A stretch of 32,000 nt of DNA from Longivirga aurantiaca (GTDB lineage: Bacteria > Actinomycetota > Actinomycetes > S36-B12 > CAIYMF01), in the NCBI RefSeq assembly GCF_042660085.1, contig NZ_JBHSTI010000008.1, positions 1,080,001-1,112,000 on the forward strand, given 5' to 3'. The notes beneath the pieces are model-generated. The model made no database searches, was not told the origin of the DNA, and saw nothing but the letters and a program-made list of their open reading frames with translations. Made by a program: the position numbers and the translations under genes. Positions 9,551 to 18,616 of the stretch are shown piece after piece. The stretch's first letter is position 1. Each line of letters opens with the position of its first letter.

Positions 9551-10384
9551 ATGCGCCAGAGCGATCTGTACGAACTCCTGACCGGTGACGACAACGACTG
9601 CGTGTACCACTACACGTCGCAGCCAGGTTTGCACGCCATCCTTGCGACCGGATCACTTCGTCTCAGCACCTTCAATAGCCTGAACGATCCTCGTGAGAAC
9701 AAGAAGTGGATGCCCGACGAGTTGCTGGGCCACGCCGGCGACGTCGACGATGCCTGGTTCGAGGCAGACCGAGCCATGGAGGAGGCGGTCGATCGCTTGC
9801 TACGGCGGGGCGTCAGAGTCGGCTGTTTCACCGAGACGCGATCAAGTGGCTCTGGGCATGGGCTCGCCAAGGGCTGGGCTCGGCCGGCTATGTGGGCTCA
9901 CTACGGGGCCGCCCATCAGGGGGCATGTCTGGTCTTCGACCGCGGAGCTATTGGTCAAGCCGTGTCGGATCACGTCCCCGTCCGAGACGGGAACCTGACG
10001 ATGTGCGGTGCCGTGGACTACACGGATCGTGAGTTGACCTTGCCTTACCTCGGCGCTCCATCGACTGTGGTCGAACTGAAGGAGTTGTTGGACGCGGTGA
10101 CCATGGAACGTGACGTCGTTCCGAGCCTGTACTTGCAGAAGAACACGGACTGGTCAGGTGAGCGTGAATGGCGTGTGCTGGTCAACCAGTGGGACCTGCC
10201 TGAATCAAACCTGGACGAGCCGTTGTACGTCCCGTGGGAGGGAGCACTGCTGGGGGTCGTCCTAGGTTCTGAGTATGGTCCACGCGTTGTCGCGGAACGA
10301 CTCTCAGGCGGTTTGCCCCTGCTGACCTGCAGTTGGACGTCGCGTCGCGCAACGTTGCAGCACTCGACAGGCGCAGCTGGATAA
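9551..10384 (+). CDS. DUF2971-family protein (about 277 aa)
   Basis: Trimmed ORF MRQSDLYELLTGDDNDCVYHYTSQPGLHAILATGSLRLSTFNSLNDPRENKKW...; the YHYTS / LNDP.E signatures are typical of DUF2971, and it also has MWAHYGAAHQGACLVFD. Confidence 0.8.
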   Translation: MRQSDLYELLTGDDNDCVYHYTSQPGLHAILATGSLRLSTFNSLNDPRENKKWMPDELLGHAGDVDDAWFEADRAMEEAVDRLLRRGVRVGCFTETRSSGSGHGLAKGWARPAMWAHYGAAHQGACLVFDRGAIGQAVSDHVPVRDGNLTMCGAVDYTDRELTLPYLGAPSTVVELKELLDAVTMERDVVPSLYLQKNTDWSGEREWRVLVNQWDLPESNLDEPLYVPWEGALLGVVLGSEYGPRVVAERLSGGLPLLTCSWTSRRATLQHSTGAAG

Positions 10385-10640
10385 CTTGAGTTGAGCTGCT
10401 GCACTCGATAAGCCGTGCACAGTCAGTGGCACGCGACAACCTCAAGGAATGAGTCCGGCTTTCGATCTCGTGACGCTTGCCGAGCCGGCGATCACCGGGC
10501 TGAACCTCACGGACACTGATCGACCGCCCCATCGGTACAGCTTCGGCGAGTATCCGGGCCCCATGGAGCGATGGTCGACTGAGCCCTCGATCGGACGGCT
10601 GGGGCGTCGGCCACCGCGTCGGACTGCTTCGACGGCACGT

Positions 10641-11831
10641 CTACAAAGGCGCGGGGAGTCGCCGAATCGTTCCCGGTTCGAGCCGCAGGCGCGAGTTCGC
10701 GTCGCATGAGCCGGCGTCGCACATGGCGGCGCTGGTGAGGAAGAACACGGCTACATCAGCGTCTCGATCCCTGCTGGAACGCCACAAGATGCCGTCCACG
10801 GGCAGGTCGTAGCGGAGGTGCTCAGCAATGACCTGGGTAGGGATGTATTCCAGGTTCTGTCGGTCGTCTGGACTGGCTACCTCGGTGACGTCCTTGACGA
10901 AGTCGAGGAGGAACTCGACCGGGCCACGGAGATGCCGGCGCGCTGGGTCGAAGAGCGAAGGAACCTCGGGTAGGTCGCGCAGATCCACGACGCTGAGATC
11001 CGTCAGTTGGGTGAACATTCCCACGGTTGCCTCGTCAGTTGGCCCCGAGTAGCCAGCTACCTCCCTATGAGCGCCCTCATCAGTAGAGGCACCGTAGAAC
11101 GCCCCGATGCCTTTCGGGCTCATTCGATTGTCGCGGGCAATCGAGTCCGGGGGTGAGCCGAGGCTGGCAGCGTCATCGTGCCGATCCCCGGGTCCGTGGA
11201 CGCGCGCACGCCACCAGGTGGTGCCAGCCGGTAGCCGCTTCGTCAGACCGACTTCGTTAGCCGCGGCTACGACCGCAGCGGGCACCGCGTGCATAGGGAT
11301 GCTGCCTGCGCCGTCCGCGGTGGAGTCGTCAAGCGTTAGGAATGTGTACCGCCTCTGATGCTTCACATAGTCGCGAAACGCCTGCCACCCCCACCGAAGG
11401 GCCTCAGCTGGCATTGCTGCATATGGGTCCTTCTGACACCAGAGCTCATCGCTGATCGCCCACAGGATGGCTTCTAGGACGCCCTGCTGTTCGGTGATCT
11501 CGAAATCATCCAGCAGGTCGTAGGTGTCGAAGGTCGTTACGCGATACCCGCCCTCTCGGCCATCGAAGCCGGCGCCTTGTGCCGGGTCCTCGTACTCGTA
11601 ACGAAGACCCTCGACAATCAGCTGGACGACCCGCTCCAACGGCGCCGAGGCGTCGGGCGACTGTGGCGACAAGCCGCAGAAGCTACACGCATCTTGACCG
11701 CCTTCCGAACGTACAAAGGCGACCAGCCATGGCTCAGACAAGCATCGGGAACACACGATTCCATCGGTGTCGCGGTAGCCGCGTGCCTCGATCGCCTCGG
11801 CGTAGCGCTTGGTGAGTCCCATAGCACTCAT
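10641..11831 (-). CDS. HEPN/RES N-terminal-domain protein with C-terminal RES (NAD+-degrading toxin-like) domain (396 aa)
   Basis: N-terminal zinc-ribbon cysteines CSRC...CSFC, then a helical region. C-terminal RES-like motifs TTWWRARV...NRMSPKGIGAFYGASTDEGAHREV...DLRDLPEVPSLFD. Confidence 0.8.
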   Translation of the reverse strand: MSAMGLTKRYAEAIEARGYRDTDGIVCSRCLSEPWLVAFVRSEGGQDACSFCGLSPQSPDASAPLERVVQLIVEGLRYEYEDPAQGAGFDGREGGYRVTTFDTYDLLDDFEITEQQGVLEAILWAISDELWCQKDPYAAMPAEALRWGWQAFRDYVKHQRRYTFLTLDDSTADGAGSIPMHAVPAAVVAAANEVGLTKRLPAGTTWWRARVHGPGDRHDDAASLGSPPDSIARDNRMSPKGIGAFYGASTDEGAHREVAGYSGPTDEATVGMFTQLTDLSVVDLRDLPEVPSLFDPARRHLRGPVEFLLDFVKDVTEVASPDDRQNLEYIPTQVIAEHLRYDLPVDGILWRSSRDRDADVAVFFLTSAAMCDAGSCDANSRLRLEPGTIRRLPAPL

Positions 11832-11955
11832 TCAACCTGACGTCGTCAGCCCCAACTTGCCGACTCGTCGACCGGGCCGCGGCGCGCAGGAAGGAAGGGA
11901 ATGTCATGGTGGCTGGGGCCCTGGGTCTACGTTGCTTTCGACCGGAGGTGGACGA

Positions 11956-12132
11956 GTGACAAGCACTGGCAGGAACGACAAGCGCTCGGTTCGATGGGTT
12001 AGCCCGAGGGGCGTGGTCCACACCCTGACGTGCGGAGCCATCGGGGACGGCGGGCGATACGTCATCCTCGCGGACCTGCCCTCCGGGCTCGAGGACTGCA
12101 CCGACTGCGGCGGATCGGAAGCTCGAGATTGA
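11956..12132 (+). CDS. Small cysteine-containing hypothetical protein (about 58 aa)
   Basis: GTG start giving VTSTGRNDKRSVRWVSPRGVVHTLTCGAIGDGGRYVILADLPSGLEDCTDCGGSEARD; short but looks coding. Confidence 0.4.
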   Translation: MTSTGRNDKRSVRWVSPRGVVHTLTCGAIGDGGRYVILADLPSGLEDCTDCGGSEARD

Positions 12133-12395
12133 GCGAAGCTGGCTGTACCCCTCGCACCTGCGACAACTGACAGCAATCAGTGTGTCTCGCATGTCCATCT
12201 TTAGGCCAACGTTGCCGACCACCTCGAGGACGTCGACGGCGTGTGACGCAAGCTCGCAAGCGGCATGGCCGGACGCCCGGCGTCTGATACTTCCCGTGAC
12301 CCCAGGCGCCCCGCTGCATCCGCTAGCGCCCCGGTCTGCACCGCTCGCAGCCCGACGCCCGGCTCGTTGTCGGTGCCCCCGGGTACACCAGTGGT

Positions 12396-13187
12396 GTGAT
12401 CACGCATGAGGACCTCGACTGGTGGCTCGAGACCGCCCCCGCCTTGACCTGGACGTTCGCCAAGACATACGCCGACACGGCCCCGCACGAGTACGTCGTC
12501 GCCGGGCGCAACGGCTGCCCTCTGAGCCATGGCGACTTCGTACGGGCGGCCAAGGTCATCGCCACGTTCGGCCGCCCCGCCAAGTTCTACTCGATGACCG
12601 GCATCTACCTCACAAGCCGGGACGGGGGACTGAAGTGGTGGACCATGGACGCCGACCTCGACAGCACCGACCTGATCAACCAGGCCACCACCGACCGCGT
12701 CTACGGACCCCAGGACGCCCCCAACACCCGCACCGGGTCCACCGTTCCGGAGGACGCACTCGCAACCGAGTACGACCGCGCCCGCGACCGCCGGTGCGAC
12801 GAGATCCTTGCTGAGCACATCCGCCGCCTCTTCCCGGAGGGCAGTCCAAGGACGCTGGACATCGGATGCGGCACCGGTCTGCCCCTGGACTTCGGCGTCA
12901 TCGACGCCGGCACGTACACCGGCCTGGATCACAGCACCGCCATGCTCAACATGCTCGTGCGGAAGCACCCGCACGTACGGGCTCTCATCCCTGCGTCCTG
13001 GAACGAGGGCGTCGTCATCGGTGCACCGTTCGACCTTGTCCTCAACATCGAAGGCCCGGACGTGGACCCCGACCAGATGCAGCGACGGAGCTCCGGCTGG
13101 GTGATCACCGCGCGCGACGGAGACGTCGCTGTGGTGCCTGGGAAGGCGCGCGACACACGGTCCGGCACGGTTAGCGTCTCGCCATGA
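12396..13187 (+). CDS. Class I SAM-dependent methyltransferase-like protein (263 aa)
   Basis: Motif I TLDIGCGTGLPLDF followed by YTGLDHSTAMLNML and FDLVLNIEG. N-terminal domain of unknown function (YVVAGRNGCPLSHGDFVRAAKVIATFGRPAKFYSMTGIYL). Stop codon overlaps the next start (ATGA at 13184). Confidence 0.72.
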   Translation: MITHEDLDWWLETAPALTWTFAKTYADTAPHEYVVAGRNGCPLSHGDFVRAAKVIATFGRPAKFYSMTGIYLTSRDGGLKWWTMDADLDSTDLINQATTDRVYGPQDAPNTRTGSTVPEDALATEYDRARDRRCDEILAEHIRRLFPEGSPRTLDIGCGTGLPLDFGVIDAGTYTGLDHSTAMLNMLVRKHPHVRALIPASWNEGVVIGAPFDLVLNIEGPDVDPDQMQRRSSGWVITARDGDVAVVPGKARDTRSGTVSVSP

Positions 13188-14683
13188 CGGATTCGACTCC
13201 TGTACCGAACCAGGCCGGGGGACTGCTGGCCGCGCTGGTCCCGTTCGGAGTGCTGCGTCAGCCCGAGGTCGCCCTCACCACCGGGATCTGTTGGGTACTT
13301 GGCCTGGACGGGGCGGCGGGTGCGCTCGACGCTCTCATCGCCCGAAGCGGCATCACCCCGGACAGCGCAGGCCGATGGAGGGGCGAGGTGGTCGGTGACG
13401 GTGGACGCTCCGATCTCGAGTACGCCTGGGGCGATCCCCCGACAACTCGAGTCATCGTCGAGGCCAAGATCGGCCACAGCCTCACCCCGGAGCAGTTGGT
13501 GGGCTACGCCGACCGGCTGCCTGACACAGGTGGGCTCCTGGTCGTGCTGGCACCGGCCGCGCGCAGAGCCGAGGCGCTGGAAGTGGTAGCTCGCTGCCGA
13601 GACCTCACCGCCGGCCCGGCCACGTTCGCCGTCTGGACCTACGACGAGGTCCTGGAGCGGCTCGAAGCCGCCCTGCCCCATAGCGGCGACGTCGCCCAGC
13701 TGCGCGGCCTCGTCCAAGCGCACAACGCCACGGACATCGACCCGTTCCTCCCCGACGAGCTCCTCGAAGCCAACGCGTCGCGTCGTGAGGACGTGTGGTG
13801 GGTCGTCGACCACGCCTCATTCGGCATCCGCGAATCCCGGCAGCCCTCCGGCACCGACTGGAACCTCCTGCATCGTCGGTACCTGCCCGTCGGCAACTAC
13901 AGCGCGGCCGTCGCCGTCGGCGTCGGGAGGAAGGATCCGGGCAACGACCCGACTCGGCCATGGGCGTGGCTCCGTGTCGCCGGTGCCAGCGCTCACGGCC
14001 GCCTCGCTCGACGCGCGCTCGCCAGCATCAGACCCGGAACTGAGGAGACCAAGGACGAGACTTGGCTGCCGCTGAGGATCGAGCCGGGCCTCTACGGTAG
14101 CCAAGCGGCGGAGCGACTCCGATCAGCGCTGGAGAGCCTCATCGACGACCTTGCGGCCGCCATCACCGTCGAGATGGAGCACCAGCTTGACCAGGCCCGC
14201 CATCTCGACACCGCCATGCTCGACGGCGTCCTGGGTATCGGTCCCCTCGAAGCGAACGATCTGCTTGCCGGCTCCGAGCGGCGCCATGAGGACATCTGGA
14301 CCCTGCTGACCGAAGCCAGCCGCCCCCTTTACCCGGACCGGATCTACCCGGTCCAGACCAGCGACGAGGACTACGAGCGCGTGCGCTACATGCGGGTTGG
14401 CGCGTCGGAGGCGCACATCGCGACGTGCCTCCTGCGGCGGGGGAGGAACGACTCCGCTCCGGCCGCGTGGCTTCGGGTGCACCGGAGCACCTCACATGCC
14501 GAGATCGGTCGTCGTGTTCTCGAGGAACTGGCTCCAGGTCAAGTGGTCGACGATCCCAACGGGTGGGCGGTTCCCGTGCGCATCCCCACCGGTGTCGGTG
14601 GGCCGGCGATGCTCGCCGAGGTCCATGCACAGATCAGCGAGCTGTTCACGCGCTTCGCCGCGTCCATCGTTCGAGGCTCGTAG
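13184..14683 (+). CDS. PD-(D/E)XK nuclease-superfamily protein (499 aa)
   Basis: SDLEYAWGDPPTTRVIVEAKIGHSLTPEQLVGYADRL is a typical D...EAK...Q core; start overlaps the methyltransferase stop. Confidence 0.78.
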   Translation: MTDSTPVPNQAGGLLAALVPFGVLRQPEVALTTGICWVLGLDGAAGALDALIARSGITPDSAGRWRGEVVGDGGRSDLEYAWGDPPTTRVIVEAKIGHSLTPEQLVGYADRLPDTGGLLVVLAPAARRAEALEVVARCRDLTAGPATFAVWTYDEVLERLEAALPHSGDVAQLRGLVQAHNATDIDPFLPDELLEANASRREDVWWVVDHASFGIRESRQPSGTDWNLLHRRYLPVGNYSAAVAVGVGRKDPGNDPTRPWAWLRVAGASAHGRLARRALASIRPGTEETKDETWLPLRIEPGLYGSQAAERLRSALESLIDDLAAAITVEMEHQLDQARHLDTAMLDGVLGIGPLEANDLLAGSERRHEDIWTLLTEASRPLYPDRIYPVQTSDEDYERVRYMRVGASEAHIATCLLRRGRNDSAPAAWLRVHRSTSHAEIGRRVLEELAPGQVVDDPNGWAVPVRIPTGVGGPAMLAEVHAQISELFTRFAASIVRGS

Positions 14684-14857
14684 AGACATCGGAGATCGAG
14701 CGCGCGGAAGTCGAGTCAGGCGATGCGCTCCTGCCCCGCGGCGGCGGTGGCGCCTTCGCTGTCGGACCCGGGCGAGATCATGAGGTCAACGGACCGTCCA
14801 GACGATGCTGGCAACCATCAGCGTCGGGGCACAGCCGTCGAGATCTGAGGAGTCACC

Positions 14858-15802
14858 ATGGATGCCCGAGAGGCCAAGCGGCTTGCCAACGAGCACTTGC
14901 GTGGTTCTCGCCTGACTGCATCCCGGGCCTCGCGCCACCGCGACGCCTGGGTCGTGTCCTACGTCGACGCGGACAACCCGGACGTGATGCTCGACGGCGG
15001 AGGCCTCATCGTGACGATGGACGGAGCGGTGATCGACGTAAGCTCCGTGCCCGGTGAGATCGACCGCGTGCTCGACGAGAGAGCACCGCGAGGGGAGGAT
15101 CCCGACCTACCGCGCGACGAGGCGGAGGAGCTGCGCGCCCTCATCGCGGCTCGGCTGCCCTGGCCCGGCGTCCTGGAGGAACCCGTCGAAGCGTTCGCCG
15201 CCGTCGAGCAGCTGCGCAGTGCTGGTCGTGAGGTCTTCCCGGCGCGCGGGCTGGAACTCGCCGCGCTCGCGCTGGTGCCCTTCCAAGAAGTGCGTGTGGT
15301 GATCGTCGGCCTTGACCCGTATCCGACGCCGGGTCATGCGATGGGACTGGCGTTCTCCGTTCCACCCGAAGTGCGGCCGCTGCCGGCGGGCGTGCGGAGC
15401 ATCCACGCCGCAATGCGGCACGACGGCTTCGACCCTCCCGACCACGGCGACCTGTCCGGCTGGGCCAGGCAGGGGGTGCTTCTGCTGAACCGGGCACTCA
15501 CCTACGAACGAGGACGGAAGGCTGGAGCGCACCTGCCCATCTGGCGAGACTTCACGGACCAGGTGATCCGAGTGCTAAACGAGCGGGACGAGCCGGTGGT
15601 GTTCGTTCTGTGGGGGAACGAGGCGCAGAAGGTCGGCGCCCTCGTCGACGCCTCGCACCACCACACCGTGACGGCACCGCATCCTTCTTCCCGGGGGGCC
15701 TACCGGAAGGCATCCCAGGACGCGGGGACGTTCACCACGGTCAACCGGCTCCTCGGTGCAGAGATCCACTGGGAACAGGCAGGCGGGCGCTCCCACTCGT
15801 AG
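14858..15802 (+). CDS. Family-1-type uracil-DNA glycosylase homologue with an extra N-terminal YrhB/Imm35-like domain (314 aa)
   Basis: VVIVGLDPYPTPGHAMGLAFSVP (cf. GQDPYH), GWARQGVLLLNRALTYERG...WRDFTDQVIRVLN, VFVLWGNEAQK and HPSSRGAYR (cf. HPSP). N-terminal about 75 aa: MDAREAKRLANEHLRG...WVVSYVDADNPDVMLDGGGLIVTMDGAVIDVSS. Confidence 0.85.
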   Translation: MDAREAKRLANEHLRGSRLTASRASRHRDAWVVSYVDADNPDVMLDGGGLIVTMDGAVIDVSSVPGEIDRVLDERAPRGEDPDLPRDEAEELRALIAARLPWPGVLEEPVEAFAAVEQLRSAGREVFPARGLELAALALVPFQEVRVVIVGLDPYPTPGHAMGLAFSVPPEVRPLPAGVRSIHAAMRHDGFDPPDHGDLSGWARQGVLLLNRALTYERGRKAGAHLPIWRDFTDQVIRVLNERDEPVVFVLWGNEAQKVGALVDASHHHTVTAPHPSSRGAYRKASQDAGTFTTVNRLLGAEIHWEQAGGRSHS

Positions 15803-15931
15803 GTTCGCCAGAAGCAGTCGGACCACCAGGGACGGAACGTTCCGCGGGTCGTCAGCCGCAATGTCATCGTGACTGTCGGATGGACATTGATTGACCGACG
15901 ACACTAACCCTGAGTACGTGGCGGTCTAGCG

Positions 15932-18139
15932 ATGGACAGCAGAGAATCGCGGGACAACTTCCTCGACGTCTTCTTCGGGCCTGGCAATGACCTCGGGATA
16001 GACCCGAACACCATCGAGGGCGCTGATCCATCGCACAACTTCCTGAAGGACCTGATTCACGACGTGAGGGAAGGTTCGCCGTGGCCCTGGCTCTTGCCTC
16101 GGCGGGTAGGTGACGGAGCACAGCCAACCTGGTACGCCATTGCCGCCGACTACGCCGATTTCCGACGCCTTGGCGCTGAGTTGGCCGCAGTGACAGGCGA
16201 TCCGTACTCGGACTTCTCTCCCGAAGCGGCATCGCTCGTATCGTCGGATCCAGTCGAGTTCGCGATCTTGAGTCTCGGTGCTAACGCCCACGCATACCGA
16301 TTCACTGCGTCGCCAGGACAGGTGGTCCCACTTCGAATCGCCCTGGAACGACTTCACCGCGCCTGGACTCTCCGACCGAAGCGCGGGTGGGTCCGCGTTC
16401 GCCCGTTGGGGCGCGTTCTACGAGACTTCGAACTTGCCTTGGCTGGGCACAAGTACGAGTCGGCGGTCGAGGCGATCGGGGAGATCGAGCGAAACCGGCA
16501 ATTGACGGCGACCAACCTCCTCTTTCTGCGCTTCCGGTTGGCAGCGACCTTCGAAGATCCACGAGACGCACTCAACTTGCCGGATGTGGACACGCTCATC
16601 ACCATCAGGCGACCCCTCGCAGTGACGACTGCGCTTCAGCAGATCGTCTTCGATGCAAATCTGGTCGATACCGATGGGCCGGTGCCTGTTGACCAGGCCA
16701 TCGAAATCTTCAGTCGGGACTTGGCCCAGTCATACGGTCCACTGTTCACCACCCTCAGAGCGAGCGACGACGCGTCGGCCGTCCGCCTGCAGATGCTCGC
16801 CACAGTCAACAGCGCTCGGCCAAACGAGGCGTTCGCTGACGAGGCGCTTGCGCGACCCTGGAACGCGGGTGTTCGGTCTTGGTTGCAGGCCGTTTGGGAT
16901 CGGCGCCAGCAGCGCTCCGACTCAGCGCGTACGGCGACCCAGAACTTCCAACTCGGCGATCTGGACGGGGCCTTCGCGGTCGCTCTCGTTGATGAACCGA
17001 GCCAACTGCGCGCGAAGATCCTCCTGGTTTCAGCAGTCTCCATTGGTACGAAAGACGCGGCACAGTCTGCGCTCGATGCTTTCGATGCACTGTCGCTGGA
17101 GGAGCAGGGGCAACTTGGGCTCGACGGTCTGGTCAAACTCGCCCTACTGGAACTCCGCGAGCGGACTCGCTTCCTTCCAAGCACGTGGGCGGACTGGTTC
17201 GATCGCATTGCGCAGCACCCCCATCGAGAGACCATCGACTTGCTGGACGAGGCGCTGCCAGGCTGGATGGCGTCGGAACTGGACTCTGATCAAGGTGTTG
17301 CGGCCCTCACCAACCTGTTCCTGGCAACCCGCCCGGGCGATCAGATGGCTCTCGTTGCCGACGCCGTTCCTAGAGCACTGACCTACTGCCAACGGTCGGG
17401 CGCTTCCGACACACGCTTGGCGCCACTTCATCATGCGCTGCTGGCCGTCCTCACATACGAGTCTGATCTGACCGCTACCGACCTGAGCACCATCTCTGAG
17501 ATCGCCGCGACTGTTCTTGGCTGCGGGATGGATGAGTCGCAGTACTCGGCGCTGCTAAGAGACCTGTTGGACGTCTGGACGCGCGTGAAGTCCTGGCGCC
17601 GCTGCGATTGGGCGGCCGACGTGCTGGACGCCGTTGTTTCGTCGCCCGCACCCGTGCCTGCCGAGCGTGATGCATTCGTGGTCGACCTCTACTCCCAATT
17701 GACTGCATACGCCGATCGTGTGAACGAGACCCAGCGCGTGTTGCTTCGCCTCCTTGGTCGGGAGGCGAGCCAACCAACCGAAATCTGGTCCTCACCCACA
17801 GAATCCGAGGACGAGATTGGTGGCACTGAGTCGTCTCCACTGTCGGGGTTGACCGTTGGCATCTACACGCTGGACGAGGGTGCGGCCGCCACAGTCCGAG
17901 GGTGGATTCTGGAGGTCGCTCCGTCGGCCCGCGTGGTGCTGAACCATGAACACGATGCCTCCGAGCGACTCACGGCGATGGTGAGAAGCAGCGATATCGT
18001 CGTTGTGGGGTGGGCGACGGCGAAGCACGCCGCCACCAATCACATCCGTGACGTGAAGCCGGACAGCACGCAAGTGGTCATGGCTCAAGGTCGCGGGGCG
18101 ACTGGTCTATTTCGAGCAGTCTTGTCTGCGATGGCGTAG
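15932..18139 (+). CDS. Large protein of unknown function (735 aa), first gene of a two-gene cassette
   Basis: Single uninterrupted ORF MDSRESRDNFLDVFFGPGNDLGIDPN...; helix/TPR-like middle. C-terminal Rossmann-like segment GLTVGIYTLDEGAAATVRGWIL...SSDIVVVGWATAKHAATNHIRDV...GRGATGLFRAVLSAM. Confidence 0.85.
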   Translation: MDSRESRDNFLDVFFGPGNDLGIDPNTIEGADPSHNFLKDLIHDVREGSPWPWLLPRRVGDGAQPTWYAIAADYADFRRLGAELAAVTGDPYSDFSPEAASLVSSDPVEFAILSLGANAHAYRFTASPGQVVPLRIALERLHRAWTLRPKRGWVRVRPLGRVLRDFELALAGHKYESAVEAIGEIERNRQLTATNLLFLRFRLAATFEDPRDALNLPDVDTLITIRRPLAVTTALQQIVFDANLVDTDGPVPVDQAIEIFSRDLAQSYGPLFTTLRASDDASAVRLQMLATVNSARPNEAFADEALARPWNAGVRSWLQAVWDRRQQRSDSARTATQNFQLGDLDGAFAVALVDEPSQLRAKILLVSAVSIGTKDAAQSALDAFDALSLEEQGQLGLDGLVKLALLELRERTRFLPSTWADWFDRIAQHPHRETIDLLDEALPGWMASELDSDQGVAALTNLFLATRPGDQMALVADAVPRALTYCQRSGASDTRLAPLHHALLAVLTYESDLTATDLSTISEIAATVLGCGMDESQYSALLRDLLDVWTRVKSWRRCDWAADVLDAVVSSPAPVPAERDAFVVDLYSQLTAYADRVNETQRVLLRLLGREASQPTEIWSSPTESEDEIGGTESSPLSGLTVGIYTLDEGAAATVRGWILEVAPSARVVLNHEHDASERLTAMVRSSDIVVVGWATAKHAATNHIRDVKPDSTQVVMAQGRGATGLFRAVLSAMA

Positions 18140-18154
18140 GGGAAGGGCCGTGTC

Positions 18155-18610
18155 GTGATCGGGCTTTCGTCGACGGGGGATGCCTCCAGCGGACGAATCC
18201 AGGAGATCGTCTCGCTCCTGCTCAAGCAGGAGCTCGCGTTCGGCGAGGAGATCGTCCTCACGAAGCAGGACGGGCTTGTGACACATGCGCGTCCCGACTT
18301 CTTCTTCCGGCTGGCTCCGGACCGAGGTGTCCTGGCCGAGGTCGAGCGAGGCGGCACGACCACGAACAATCATGACCTCAAGGACATCTGGAAGACCCAC
18401 GTCAGCCCCGACGCGCAGCACCTCTTCCTTATCGTGCCGAACGCGAACTGGCGGGAAGGCGGTGCCGCGCGCGAGCGGCCCTTCCACCGGGTGGTGACGC
18501 GGCTGGGAGCGTTCTTCGGCGATCCGAGGCGCGAGGTCGATGTCGTGAGCCTTCTCGTCTTCGGCTACGGCCGTGACGGGTGGGGGCCACCCGTCACGGC
18601 CGAGGGCTAA
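18155..18610 (+). CDS. Small PD-(D/E)XK-like protein with EVE core (151 aa), second gene of the cassette
   Basis: GTG start 15 nt after the upstream stop, with a GGGGAAGGG ribosome-binding-like stretch. HARPDFFFRLAPDRGVLAEVERGGTTTNNHDLKDIWKTHV...HLFLIVPN resembles a nuclease fold. Confidence 0.75.
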   Translation: MIGLSSTGDASSGRIQEIVSLLLKQELAFGEEIVLTKQDGLVTHARPDFFFRLAPDRGVLAEVERGGTTTNNHDLKDIWKTHVSPDAQHLFLIVPNANWREGGAARERPFHRVVTRLGAFFGDPRREVDVVSLLVFGYGRDGWGPPVTAEG

Positions 18611-18616
18611 GCGGCG

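Noticed and set aside
10655-10700. tRNA-like T-arm string (CCCGGTTCGAGCCG)
   Set aside because: Falls inside the RES-protein coding sequence; no acceptor stem, D-arm or anticodon arm could be assembled around it.
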